Of a stretch of 64,000 nucleotides of DNA, positions 12,090 to 24,384 are shown in pieces. Under the pieces are notes generated by a model. It saw nothing but the letters and a program-made list of their open reading frames with translations. It did not search any database and was not told the origin of the DNA. This DNA is from Takakia lepidozioides (lineage: Eukaryota; Plantae; Bryophyta): the NCBI GenBank assembly GCA_030704615.1, contig CM060732.1, positions 12,896,001 through 12,960,000 of the forward strand. The letters run 5' to 3'. The translations under genes and the position numbers were made by a program. How positions within the stretch are numbered: the stretch's first letter is position 1; every line of letters begins with the position of its first letter.

Positions 12090-12750
12090 TTAGGGAGCCA
12101 GGAGGGGGTTGGACTCTAGTTTTCGCTTGTTCGTAATGATAGCTGTGAGAGAGCGAAGGGCTGTGAGGTGAATATTTCTAAAGCATTTATGGATAGGGGA
12201 TATCAGGATATGGAAGTTATCGTGTAGTGCCGCTATGCTAGCATTGTGGATACCACCTCGGGTGCCGGTCGTGATTAACAGAGAGGGGGCCGGTATTCCA
12301 GCCCCTACGACGGAGAGCAAGGATAAGTGGGGCATATTTTTGCCGTTTTTCCAGAATAGAGGAGGAGGGGTATCGATCATGGCAATATGTGAATTCGATG
12401 AAATAGATGGTGATATGAGGGGAGGGGGAGGAGGGCGGCTGAGTATTGATGGGTATGCCGTGTACGAGCAGGGCATAGTCTTGTCAGGCAGGTGCAGGGA
12501 GAGCGTGTGCATAGGCATGAAAGTAACCATGGTGGAACAGTATGGTCTAGAGGTTTACCTTGATAAGTGCCGGCATTGATAAGTGAGAACCAGCGGGTTT
12601 CGAAGCGTTGCATAAGGAGTTTGTGGATGTGCCAGACTGCCTGGTTATGACGGATAATATGCAGTCCATGTATGACCAGGTGGGTACATTGGCTCAAAAG
12701 ATGCGGCCATGTGTCTCTAACCTCGTGAGTGTGTGCAGGGGGATGCTAGA
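12090..12750 (-). pseudogene. C-terminus of non-LTR retrotransposon ORF2 (zinc knuckle plus restriction-like endonuclease region)
   Basis: DTWPHLLSQC..IHGLHIIRHNQAVWHIHKLL (knuckle-RHN motif), a degenerate RLxPD motif, and the terminal GTRGGIH...IHLTALRSLTAIITNKRKLE. Frameshifted. Confidence 0.65.
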
Positions 12751-13129
12751 GTGTGAGCCTAGCCACGTGAGCCCAGGAGCCTGGCGTGAACCCAGGACAC
12801 GTGACATGATTTCAGGGAAGATGCGACGTCTATTTCCGTGGAAGAGGATCCATTACCACATAAACACGTCTTCATCCATATTAACCCTACCAGGGTTGCA
12901 CACGTCAGTGACGTCACGTCATGTCACGTCGGACCTGACACTGACGCGACCAACGTCACGTCAGTTTTGCCGAAAAATCAGTAAAACATGAGTTAGGTGA
13001 AAAATATGTCACGTAGGTGGACACGTTGTATTCCAAGCGACACCTTGGCAAGTGAATGAATTGTTTTATAAATTACTCCATCCGCCAATAGTTGAGGTCA
13101 TTTTTAAATCATTATTCTTAAATTGGTAC

Positions 13130-13700
13130 GACCTCCAAATAGTGGTGGTCGCAAAATTTATCTTATTTTTTAAGAGTTGCGACCACTAGCAAAGGGGTTG
13201 TCGCAGCATTTTTTGTTTTTTTTAAATAGATGCGACCACCAGCAGGGGTGATCACATTTTTTTCTTTTCTTAAACAGTTGCGACCACCGCTACTGGTGGT
13301 CGCACAATTTTTATTTTATTTGTAATAGGTGCGACCACCATCAGGGGGGTGGTCGCAGATTTTTATTTATTTTTTATAATAAATATTCTCTGTATCCACG
13401 AGTATGGGGGTGGTTGCAGCATTTTTCTTTTTTTTAATAGGTGCGACCACCAGCATGGGGGTGGTCGCAGAAATTTTCTATTTGTTTAATAGATGCGACC
13501 ACCAGCAGGGGGTGGTCGCAACAATTTTTTTATTTATATTTATATTTATTTTTTAAATAATCTCTGTGACCACGAGCATGGGGGTGGTCGCAGCATTTTT
13601 TATTTTTTTTAATAGGTGCGACCACCAGCATGAGGGTGGTCGTGGCAATTTTTTTTTAAAAATAACATGCGACTTCCTCGTGCGATCTGGAGCGGTCGCA
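13130..13700. repeat. Left subterminal palindrome array (TGCGACCACC-N-GGTGGTCGCA) separated by poly-T
   Basis: About 10 copies, followed by TATATAA at ~13748. Confidence 0.85.
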
Positions 13701-14042
13701 ACATTGGATCTAATTCGTCGAGCGTGTGAGGGTTGGAGGCTGGAGGGTATATAAGGTGGTCCCAATGCCCCTCACTTCTTTTGTGGCAAACACATTTGTG
13801 ACGAGTGAATGTTCTTTATTCCTTGAGCAAGAGTTTAAGCCCAAAAGGAGGGTGCGGACCGTTTGCTGTTGTGGCTTCCACCAAAGCCACTGCAGCAAAT
13901 TGTCGAAAAGCACAATACTACATGGTGCATTAATCCACTTGGATTGATGTCGTAGTGCTAGGCCATTGCATTCTGTTCCAACTTCTATTGCTCTTGACAA
14001 ATCTACCAAGTACACTAGTGTTCTTCGTTCAACCTGAAGTCT

Positions 14043-15660
14043 GTGGTTAGGGTTTTGGGTGTGAGGATGAGGCGGGAATGGATCCATTGGTTCACCATAG
14101 ACCCGCACAAAAAGGATGGTGTTCAATGCAATCTTTGTGCATTGAAGCTGGCGGGTCGCAAAGATCGCATGTTATATCACATCAGCTACAGACATGGGAA
14201 GAATGCAGGGGTTAGTTTGTACCCAAAAGCCTCCATGCGAGTGAAAGCCCACTTTGCCCACTGTGGAGGCAATATCCCACCGTCTCTTGATGTGGCCGCG
14301 GCTTCTGTGCCAAACACTCCAGGTTCGAATCAAACTGTCCCTCAGAGTTGTACCCAGGGGGATTCTTGCGAGGCGTCTGCTGTTCGTGGAGAAGCCGGTG
14401 GACACCCGCCTGCGGGAGAACAATTTTTGGGATCTGTTGACACAAGCGAGAAGAGAAAAGATGCACGTTATCAAGCAGGGTTGTTGACGAGTTACATCGA
14501 TAAAATTGGAGCTGATAAAATTGTCCAAGTGTGCACGGACAATGCATCTAACATGGTTAATATGACCGATATTTTGATGGTACGATATCCCCATCTATAT
14601 TACCAAGGGTGTGCTGCTCATATCTTTGATCTCCTTTTGGAGGATTGGGGAAAAGAATCATGGATGAAACAACTAGTAAAAAGGGCAAAGTCGGTTGTGA
14701 CGTTCATTCGTATACATCACATCCCTCTGGCATTGTTTAGAAAGCATGAACCCCAAATACAGCCTTAGGAACCCAGGTGAAACCCGCTTTGCCACAAACT
14801 TTTTGATGGTGGATCGACTGGTGACTGTGAGGGCGGGTCTGGAGCAGGTGATCATTGACCCTCAATGGGATGCATATGTGGGCACCTTACGCGACTCTCA
14901 TAAGTCCAAGTCTTTGAGCAAAAGTCAGAGGGTCCGCGCAATCATTCGCTCCGACAATTTCTGGGCGAAATGTGCAAATTTTGTGTACATGGTGGAGCCG
15001 GTGTTGATTGCTTTGCGGGAGTTTGATGGAAAACAACCAATAATGGGTAATGCATGGTTGATATTGGAAAACCTTGAGAAACACGTGCAATCCTTGAGGC
15101 GTCCTCCATTTTCTATGGACGATGATTTGGCAGCAAGGACCGAGGATGCATTTTACGACCGCAAACGGATGGTTCGCACGGACTTGCATTATGCGGGGGC
15201 CTTGCTGAATCCATTCTTGCTGGACAATACGGATTTGAGAGACGATGTGGATGCCAAAGCCAGGCTTGTACGGGTCATCATCCAACTTGTGCCCTTGAAC
15301 ATGGCAGAGCGAGCGTTGTCCGAGTATCAGTGTTTCTCGGATCGGCAGATTCTTTCCATGACATGCCGGATCCAAAAGCAATGAACATATTGCCACATGA
15401 ATGGTGGGATCTGATTGGAGCTAGAGCAATAACGTTAGCTCCCATTGCAAAGCGTATTCTTGCTCAAGTGTGCTCTGCCTCGTCCTGTGAGCGGAACTCG
15501 AGCAGTTACTCGTTTGTTCACAACAAGATTCGCAACAGGTTGAATCCTGCCAGGGCTGACAAATTGGTTTATGTCTACACGAATTGTAGGCTACTGCGAG
15601 ATAGGAGAGCAAGTGACGCATTTGCATGGTACGAGAAGAATCTGTTGTCTGAAGAATCTG
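14043..15660 (+). pseudogene. hAT transposase (BED-type zinc finger, DUF659-like region, C-terminal dimerisation domain), frameshifted
   Basis: VQCNLC..RMLYH, IVQVCTDNASNM, CAAHIFDLLLED, PGETRFATNF, LHYAGALLNP, EWWDLIG..LAPIAKRILAQVCSASSCERNSS..KIRNRL, spread over three frames. Confidence 0.9.
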
Positions 15661-15733
15661 CCTCAGAGGTCCAATCTATGACACTGACGCCACGAGGGAC
15701 TCCGACTCCGACGGTTGGGATGGGTCCGATGAT

Positions 15734-16483
15734 GTGGGCAATCCTCCAAATGACCCATATGAATTTAATGACAATTATGTTGCAATGCATCCATCCTTCG
15801 ATGACCTAGTTGTTGATGAACTGCGACATGGTGTCATCCCAATTGCGGACCCCTTTCCCCCAGTGGAGCACACTCTCAACAATGAAGTTGAGGTCAACTC
15901 TCCCCCACCACGAGTTCCACGGACTGCGGGAGATATGCAGGTCGAATCGTCGGATGATAACAACCGGCCGTTGTCATTCCTTCACCGACATCGTGCCCCT
16001 GTGAACCATGCTTCATCTCACCCCGCTCCATCTCATGTTTCTATTTCTCAAGCCGGTCCATCCCATGCTGGTCCATCTAGTCTCTCTCCCCCTCATGTAA
16101 TTCCTTCCATCGCTACTCCGATCATGGGAGATGGTTCTTATGTTACGGGACTTCTGCAAATCGAACCATCGGATGACGACGACCGGCCATTGTCGTTTCA
16201 TCTGGCCCGACGACGTCCACAGGTGAACCGTGCTCCCTCGACCCTCGCTGGTCCATCTCATGCCCCTTACTCTCATGTCGGCCCCTCTGATGTACATGCG
16301 AGTAGCCTTCCTCATACGAGACCTGCTCCAAGGCCACCACGAAATCTGGGACAAGCCCAGAAACGGCAGAGAATTGTGCAACCTTTTGTTGGTGACCGAC
16401 CTGTGAACAAGCCTGATACCCTAGATGGTATTCATGATAGGAGTGGAAACCGACCAGAGAGACAACTGAACGTACTCCGATGA
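15734..16483 (+). CDS. Low-complexity P/S/H-rich ORF, probably the frameshifted tail of the transposase gene
   Basis: 249-codon ORF with an internal duplication (SSDDNNRPLSFL / PSDDDDRPLSFH; AGPSHA). Confidence 0.35.
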   Translation: MGNPPNDPYEFNDNYVAMHPSFDDLVVDELRHGVIPIADPFPPVEHTLNNEVEVNSPPPRVPRTAGDMQVESSDDNNRPLSFLHRHRAPVNHASSHPAPSHVSISQAGPSHAGPSSLSPPHVIPSIATPIMGDGSYVTGLLQIEPSDDDDRPLSFHLARRRPQVNRAPSTLAGPSHAPYSHVGPSDVHASSLPHTRPAPRPPRNLGQAQKRQRIVQPFVGDRPVNKPDTLDGIHDRSGNRPERQLNVLR

Positions 16484-16959
16484 CGACTACAGGTCGAACG
16501 ACCAGTTGCCTCTGGAAACGAAAGAACAGATGGAGATCATGATTCTAGCACTGATCATGAGAACGGGGGTGAAGTGAGTGGGGACGAAGATTTTGTACTA
16601 GGCGTGAGATCATACCATCGTTGTCGTGCCAGACGGAATTAGGTACAGTTATAACTTCTGTCACATGATGTATAATATGTTTCCATGGATATCCATGTTT
16701 CAGTTTGGGTACATGTATACGTGTACGGAAATAAAAATGGTGGAATATGTGTACCCAAGAAAGGGTTTGGTGGTTGTGCGTGTGTTTGTATTTCGTCATT
16801 ACCTTTACATTGTTGATTTCCTATTATGGTTTCGAAAGCCACAAAGGTCAGGTGCAGCTCCCAACATTCATCTTCCCCTTCACAAATCCATGGGGAGTCG
16901 ATACATGTGATTTTCATCTGCCTCTCCAAACATACATACAGGTGCAAGGGGACCAACCT

Positions 16960-17780
16960 CCTGGTGGTCGCACCTTTTTTTTTCTTAAACAATTGTGTGA
17001 CCACCAGTAGCGGTCGTCGCAACTGTTAAAATAAAATAAAAATGTTGCGACCACCCCCCCTACTGGTAGTTGCACCTATTTATTGATTTACTGATTACCC
17101 CTGCTGGTGGTCGCAAATTTTTTTATTTTTTTGGGAAACACCTGGGAGCGACAGCTCACAAATCAGGCCCCTTAGTAGTGAGAGGAGAAAATAACCTCTT
17201 TCATTCATGCGCCAAGAGGCGTAGGAATGGGGCACCACACACGAACCCTACCACACCCATCAAGTAGCAAGATTTGACCCCAAAATCGTCCGGGTCGCAC
17301 TCAGTGCACTTAACCAACTGAGCTACTGACTGTTGGTAGATATTAAAAAATCGGAAAATTATGCGACCACCCCCCTGCTGGTGGTCGCATCTATTAAAGA
17401 AAAAGAAAATAGTGCGACCACCAGCAGGTGGTGGTCGCACCTATTTGTTTTAAACAAAAATTTTGCGGCCACCCATCTGCTGGTGGTCGCGCCTATTAAA
17501 AAAAAGAAAAATTATGCGACCACCTCCCTGCTGATTAAAAAATAAAAAAAATCTGCGACCACCCCCCTGCCAGTGGTCGCACCCATTAAAAAAAAAAAAA
17601 ATCTGCGACCACCCCTCTGCTGGTGGTCACACCCATTAAAACATAAACAAATCTGTGACCACCCCCTGGCTGGTGGTCGCACCTATTAAAAAAAATAAAA
17701 ATTCTGCGACCACCCCCCTACTAGTGGTCGCACATAATAAAGAAAAGAAAAAAAGATGCGACCACCTCTGCTGCCGGTCG
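16960..17780. repeat. Internal GCGACC palindrome arrays flanking a tRNA-like segment
   Basis: Arrays at 16960-17120 and 17360-17780, with TATAAAA at ~17843. Confidence 0.8.
17265..17335 (-). other. Degenerate tRNA-derived sequence
   Basis: Minus strand reads TAGCTCAGTTGGTTAAG (A box/D arm) ... GGGTCAAATC (mutated B box). Confidence 0.5.
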
Positions 17781-18210
17781 CAGCTATTACTAGCGTGCGC
17801 AGTCATGATGACAACGCGCGCCCTGAGTGTGGAGGGGGGGCTTATAAAACCTTGGAGGCCATTCTCTCCTTCACTTTTCTCCACACCAGGACTTGGTGGG
17901 CGATGGGATGTTGCATTCCTTGTCATTGAGTCCAAGTGGAGAGGGGTACTATTGGTTGGGTGGGGGGTATTTTGGGCCGTTGGATTTTACGAAATTGATG
18001 TTGAGTACCTCCCGGGAAGCCCTCCTCTAGCACCCACGTTTTTTTCATTGCACATTGCGTCATATCACTTAGAACTGCCGAGGGAGTGACACGTGCCTCT
18101 AGTACTTGGGGAGGATTCATTAGGGAGTAGGATTAGGTACGATTTAGGAGGGTTGGGAGAGCATTTTTCTTAGCAAACACCTGTCGAGTAGGGGTAAGCC
18201 AAAGCCATAA

Positions 18211-18790
18211 ATGGCGGAGGAGGAATACAGAAGAGGTCATCCCAGGGATGACGATAATGAACCTGAACCTCCCAAAAAAAAACCAAAAGAGGCCAGGCGC
18301 GAACTTCGTTGGGACATATACAATGATCCCAACATTCTTGCGGAACCAGGTTGGGAAGTTTGGAAGTTGGGGCAGCGGTGGTCACTTGACGACTGCAGGA
18401 AATTTGTGGACTGGTGTCACATAAATCGTTTGTGGCCCAGAGATAGGCATGATCCACAAACCAAACAAAATCAAGCTAGCTTGCATTCCTGCACCAACCC
18501 GCATTTCCGCCACAGGGCAGAGGAGGTACATACAACATTGTGAGGTCAACCGCTCATCAACAACAAGGTCCCGTATTTATTTGCGGCCATGTTGTACACA
18601 GAGTTGATTTTATTGCGACCGGTGGATTGGTAAATTGCCACTGCGAGACAGCGTACTAGACTATACATGTTCTCTGATATCCCAGACTTATATATACGTC
18701 AGGGGCAGGACATCATATGGTTCGATGGAAATGACGAGGTCCAAATGAATTATGTTCGCTCCCAAATTTGGCACGCACGTTGCATATGGC
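18211..18790 (+). pseudogene. Unknown hAT cargo ORF with NLS-like PPKKKPK, interrupted by stops
   Basis: ATG downstream of an array plus TATA. The frame continues through TGA 18541-18543 (..GQPLINNKVPYLFAAMLYTELILLRPVDW). Confidence 0.45.
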
Positions 18791-18849
18791 TACATTACAC
18801 GCCCCATTCAAAAACTGAATGAAAAAAAAATCGTGAACACGCGAAACAC

Positions 18850-21045
18850 AGTCCAACAGGTCCCAAAGCAATAGCAGATCCAGCGGAATACATTCAACGG
18901 GTGAACGGATGGTTGCCCATCCAAATCATTTTTGTTTGCTTCCAAACTTTGCCAGTACGTTCGAGACACCTTCTCACAGGTCCCGGACTAATATCAGATC
19001 AATCAAAATTCATTCAATGGCTCAACGGATGGTTGGCCATTGAGATGATTTTGGTTCGCTTTGAGACTTGGCAAGTATGTTCAATGTGCCATGGAAGAGG
19101 CCCCAGAGTAATATGAGATCAACCGAAATTCGTTCAATGGGCCGACGGATGGTTGCCCATCCAAATGATTTTCGTTCGCTTTAAGACTTGGCCAGTGTGT
19201 TCAATGTACCCTCTGATAGGTCCCAGTGTAATATGAGATCAATCGTTAACGATTAATCATGAATCATCCAACAGGGGAACTGTTGGTTCACCCTTTGAAC
19301 CATTTAACATTGACATCATACTTGTCCAGTAACTTTAAGAGGGCATGTACAAGACACTCGCAAAGTTTCAAATGAATCCAAAATCATTTGGCAGGGGAAT
19401 GATTGGTTCATCCATAGCCAATTTCAGAGGCTGAAATTGCCATTTATGGGGCTCGAATTGCCAATTTCAGGGGCTGAAACTGCCATTCCAGGGGCTTCAA
19501 TTGCCAATTTCAGGGGCTGCACTAGCAATTGTCATTTCACAGGCTACAATTGCAATTTGAGGGGCGGGAATTGTCATTTCAAGGGCTAGAAGTGCAATTT
19601 GAGGGGTTGGAATTAAATTTCAGGGGCTTCAATTGCAATTTGAGGGGTTGGACTTGACAATTTCAAGGGCTCAAATTACAATTTGAGGGGCGGCCGGGGT
19701 TGGTCATTTTAGGGACTGACATTACCAATTTTAAGGCCTTGAATTGCATTTTGAATTGTAATTCAAGGGTTACAATGGGCCATTGGGGAGCTAGAATTAC
19801 CAAAGCAATGACATCCAAAGCAATATAAAATCATTTGATAGCGGAATGACTGGTTCACCCTTTCAACCATTTTTTATTCACGTCATACTCGTCCGGTACT
19901 TGTAGGAGGACATGTGGCTGACACTTGCAAAGCTTCAAAGCAATGTAAAATCATTTGATAGGGGAACAATTGGTTCACCCTTTCAACCATATTTTACTAA
20001 CCTCATACTTGTCTGGTACCTTTAAAATGGCATGTGAAAGACACTTGCAAAGCTTTAAAGCACTCCAAAATCATTTGATATGTTCATGATTGATTCACCA
20101 TTTTAACCATTTTAGATTGATTTGAAACTTGTGAAAGACCTGTAAGAGGGCATGTACAAGACACTTGCAAAGTTTCAAATCAATTTAAAATCATTTGGTA
20201 GGGGGACGATTGGTTCACCCTTTAAACCATTTTAGATTGATGTCATACTTCGTGTAAGAGGGCATGTAGAAGACACTTGCAAAGTTTTGGAGCAATAAAA
20301 TATCATTTCATCGGGGAAGTTTTCGTTCACCCTTTCATCCAATTTTGAACTGAACTGGATTTTTACTAAATAAAATGATTTAGAGGGCATAGGATTGTGG
20401 GGCGCAATGATTTTGTTGTTGGCTTGATTTTGTTCTGTGAGTTGAACCCTCACACCACCACATCCTTGCCAAAAAATGTACAAAAGAAAAATGTTTGGAA
20501 AAAAACGTTCATCCTTTGCTTTATGCTCACTATTGCAGAACTCTCTATGAAGAGTGCATGAAGTTGAAGATAACTTCACCTTGGAGTGCAAATGAGGGAA
20601 TAAAATGTGTTTTGGATGCAGACGATGTCTGTTCATGGTGATATTTTGCATGCAACTCTTCATGTTGTTATCAAGCATATGGCTTCAGAATGGAATTAAA
20701 AACAATTCATGTACAGGCGAAAGGTTGTTTCTCTTTATGAATTTGAATAACCGATTTAAACAACTTTGTTGAAGTTCAACTTTGGTCCATAAGTACGTAC
20801 AAATCACGTACACAAAATTGCAAGCGAAGAAATAATCATTTGCCCCTCGAACGACTCGTTAAACCTTTCAACCAATTTTCAATCATGAATCATTTAATAG
20901 GGGAACTATTGGTTCACCCTTAGAACCATTTTAGATTGACCTCATACTTGTCTGGTAACTTAAAGAGGGCATGTACAACACACTCTTAAAGTTTCAAATC
21001 AATCTAAAATCATTTGGCAGGGGAACGAGTGGTTCACCCATTGAC
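18850..21045. repeat. 120-bp tandem repeats with an embedded ~21-bp minisatellite
   Basis: 120-bp periodicity at 18901/19021/19141 and 19861/19981/20101/20221. AATTGCCAATTTCAGGGGC-like units at 19420-19800. Confidence 0.85.
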
Positions 21046-21209
21046 CCGGTGTACACTGTCACTCTTCAATATTCGTGGGTGTGGTGCTTGATTATCCCAT
21101 ATGATGGACCCAAGTGCCATGGCCAAGTAACAAACCATTAAAACATTATGGTACGAGACAAACACAATTGAAAACAACATTTATTCAAACATGATGTACA
21201 GTCAGAGGT

Positions 21210-22719
21210 CTACAAATTTTTATCCATCCTCCAACAATTTTTGGGCTCAGGCCAATTGAATAGCCCCGTCATGAAACGCTTCACAACATTTTCTAGTTTG
21301 TATCGCATTTCTACTGTGTCTACACACAAGTTTTCCAGAGCGGAAGCAAAACAGGTTCCAGTAGACATATCGTTGAACAGACTTGCATCGAACATGTTAC
21401 CCCCATTTATTGCCTGGGCTATCTTCCCAATTGCAAAGGTCTTTGATGGCACGGTTAGAGGGGGCCTACGAGGTGTGCCATCTGATTGGTTGTTGGCTAC
21501 ATTATGAACAATTGCAATTTCAGGTGCAATCCCCCATCTATATGCGAGAGTCTTTATCATCTTGTCTCTGCTCTCGAAAATGTACAACGTGGTTTTTGGG
21601 TCATCCGTCGTGGAGGCCATCCCCCAATCGCATACCCCGATGTACATATCTTCAGACCCTTGTGGAAAATGCAACAAGATGTTGTCGGGGGACATGTCGT
21701 TGTGCAAGAGGTGGTGATTATGGACGTTGAGCATGATGTGCAAAAGCGCCCATGTCAATTAGGTGCGATTCTGTCGGAATCGAACCAGTCGGTTGACCTC
21801 CTGCATTTCTTGCTCCGTCCCCCGTCGTTCCATTAACTCCCTGTTATCCCGATCATTCCCCCATTTCCTGTCAATACTCAACCATGATCGTATGGTCCCC
21901 CCATTCCACCAATGTGTGTAACCTTCATTTCGACGTGGATGCAACGCAAAATACTTTATGATGCCGAAATGATGGAAGTTTACAGCCTACGCCTCATTGT
22001 TATGTTGGACTTTGACAAGCTCAACATTTGTTTCCCTGGGCGTTTTCCCTGCTAGCTCCCAAGATGGAGGAATGAATTGATCCCCAACAATTCTAACCCT
22101 CCGAATTGTACCATACCCTCCCTGTTTGGGCGCGTCGAGTTGTTGTACCTGTGCGTTTGTGGATATGTATCTCACGTTCAATGCCACATCCGCGGACGAG
22201 GACCATGCCTTCCATGGGAGTGGTTTTGTACGTCGTTTGGCGTGGGCCTTTGCCATGTCAAACCACCAATCCACAAGCACAAACAACTCCTCCTCCGAAG
22301 TTGGCATGCGACCTTCAGCTACATGTGTTTTCGTAACAAACTTGTCCATGGTTTGCCTCAGATTCCATGTGGCATCATGGGCCCGGTCCTCCATCCATTT
22401 GGTGAACTGGAACTTCGCCATGTCCTCCTCCCATTCATCCCCGGCCAAAGCCTCCCTCATTCTCATCTCCATATTGTGCTGGAATCTAAGGAACCTCTCA
22501 TTCCCATGTCGGACATACAAAAGATTCAAACGCATTATGTCATTGTCCTTCAAATAATCCAGCACTACTTGCTTCACCACCTTCGCGGCCTCTGCGCTTG
22601 GATAGTTTTTTTTTGTTGACCTGACTATCCCGTTCATGTGCGTGTTTATGCTTCCTACCTTTACGCCCACTTCCCAAGGAACCCCCTGACACTGCGTTCG
22701 AAGCAATGTTTCCGGACAT
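21210..22719 (-). pseudogene. Intronless protein kinase (hAT cargo) with two in-frame stops
   Basis: KQGGYGTIRRV (subdomain I), AGK (II), HNDMSPDNILL (VIb), DWG (VII), APE (VIII). ORFs 21987-22706, 21759-21944 and 21210-21758 share one frame. Confidence 0.85.
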
Positions 22720-23029
22720 GATGAAAGTACTCTGCGGAATAGACGCGGCTTCGTAACGGAAAACTAAACCCAGACTATTGATAACCTTATATACTAGCAG
22801 ACCAATTTCCTCACCCTCTATTGGTATAGTACCCAAAGCAAACTCTCCCGTAGTCCCAGGAAAGAAAGGAAAAAACTCCTCCCCCACACAAATCCACTTT
22901 CTTCCCCCCCCCACGCTCAGTCCTGGCCACCGAAGTTCAAACTCCAAGAAGCCCCAGAACCGCACTCACAGAGAGGGAAAAAAGTGGGTTGGGAATGAGG
23001 GGTAGGCCCTTATATACTGCCTGGAGAGG

Positions 23030-23500
23030 CCTGACGTGCGACCGCCTCTGCTGCCCATTCACGCCTCGTCACGTGTCCAGGGAGCGGTCGCACCTAATAA
23101 CAAAAAAGAAAAAGTCTGCGACCACCACCGGCTGGTGGTCGCATCCATTTAAAAAATAATTAAAAATGTGCGACCATCCCCTGCTGGTGGTCGCACCCAT
23201 TTAAAAAATAATTAAAAATGTGCGACCATCCTCTGCTGGTGGTCGCACCTATTTAAAAAAAATGAAAAAGTTGCGACCACCACCTGCTGGTAGTCACACC
23301 CAATTTAAAAAAAAAGAAAAAATGTGCGACCACCCTTTGCTTGTGGTCGCACCTATTAAAAAAAATGAAAATGTTGCGACCACCACCTGCTGGTGGTCGC
23401 ACCCATTTAAAAAATAAGAAAAGCGACCACCCGCTTCTGGTGGTCGCACCTATTTTAAAAAAATAAAAATTTGTCCGACCAACCTTTGCTGACGGTCGCA
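23030..23500. repeat. Right subterminal GCGACC palindrome array separated by poly-A
   Basis: About 8 copies, mirroring 13130-13700. Minus-strand TATATAA at ~23010 faces the kinase. Confidence 0.85.
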
Positions 23501-24384
23501 TGATTGATAATATAAATCATAATATATGAATTTTACAGATAATTAAAGAAGTCCATGTAATGAGGCCACATCGGTTGCCACGTTTGTTCTCAGAGTAAAT
23601 AGTCAATAGTAAAGCAAAAAAATAAACATATTTATGTACAGTTTCGTCGGTTTAGGATGTGACGTAACGCACGTCCGTCGCTGACGTCGGACGTGACACT
23701 GACGCGTCAACGCCACGTCACGTCCAAATTTGCAACTAGGAATCCTACAACCCCAAACAGAAACCCCAACCCTTGTCAGCCTTAGGACCCACCTCAACCC
23801 CGATAGTGAACCTTGCCATCCCGCCCCTATGCATGATATTGCGCACCATGCATGCATGCAACATTCATCCACAGTGTACATCCAATCAGGCTTCATCCAT
23901 CCAAAAACATTCATCCCCCATACATTGCAAACAGGACAACAAGGACACAACCATCCCATTTCAAATTTGGCCCCGAATAAAACCAAAAGAAAACTTCATA
24001 TCAAGTGTCACAGTCATCAGAATCAGTCTCGATCTCCTGTGCTATGTCATCCACAAAGATTCTGGCCCCAACACCACGTCTTCTACCACGGCCGTCGATG
24101 GGTGGACTCCGAGTGCCATGAACGGACATGCTTGCTGCGAGTGCCTCCGCATAGACAGGTAGCACGCAAGACCGAGGAGGACTGGAAAGAAGTCCAAATA
24201 GGTGTGATAGCCCTGGAGGGTAAGTGGAAGCACGCGGACTCCTGCACATGTCGACAAAAACCCATTTTGAACACAATGATGCAATGCACAAGTCCAACGA
24301 AGAGGATGTCTCCCATGTGAACTTTGCCTCAAGAACAGTGATTCTCGATATTGAAACAACAATGCAAGCATCCACAGGTTGAAC

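Larger units (their letters stand above)
12891..23740 (+). mobile_element. 10.85-kb cargo-carrying hAT DNA transposon
   Basis: Ends CAGGGTTGCA / TGCAACTAGG (7/10 inverted match). 8-bp flanks AACCCTAC (12883-12890) and AATCCTAC (23741-23748). ACGTCA-rich and GCGACC palindrome subterminal blocks at both ends, with a hAT transposase inside. Confidence 0.75.

Noticed and set aside
17265-17335. Functional tRNA gene
   Set aside because: Acceptor and T stems do not pair and the B box is mutated.
13130-23500. GCGACC palindrome arrays as CRISPR arrays
   Set aside because: Spacers are poly-A/T rather than unique, repeats vary internally, no cas genes are present, and the arrays sit within hAT ends in eukaryotic DNA.
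23990-24320. 3' remnant of a GCM-MULE transposase convergent with MTase copy 1
   Set aside because: The position fits the copy 2 architecture, but the frames are too decayed and have no alignable counterpart in this window.
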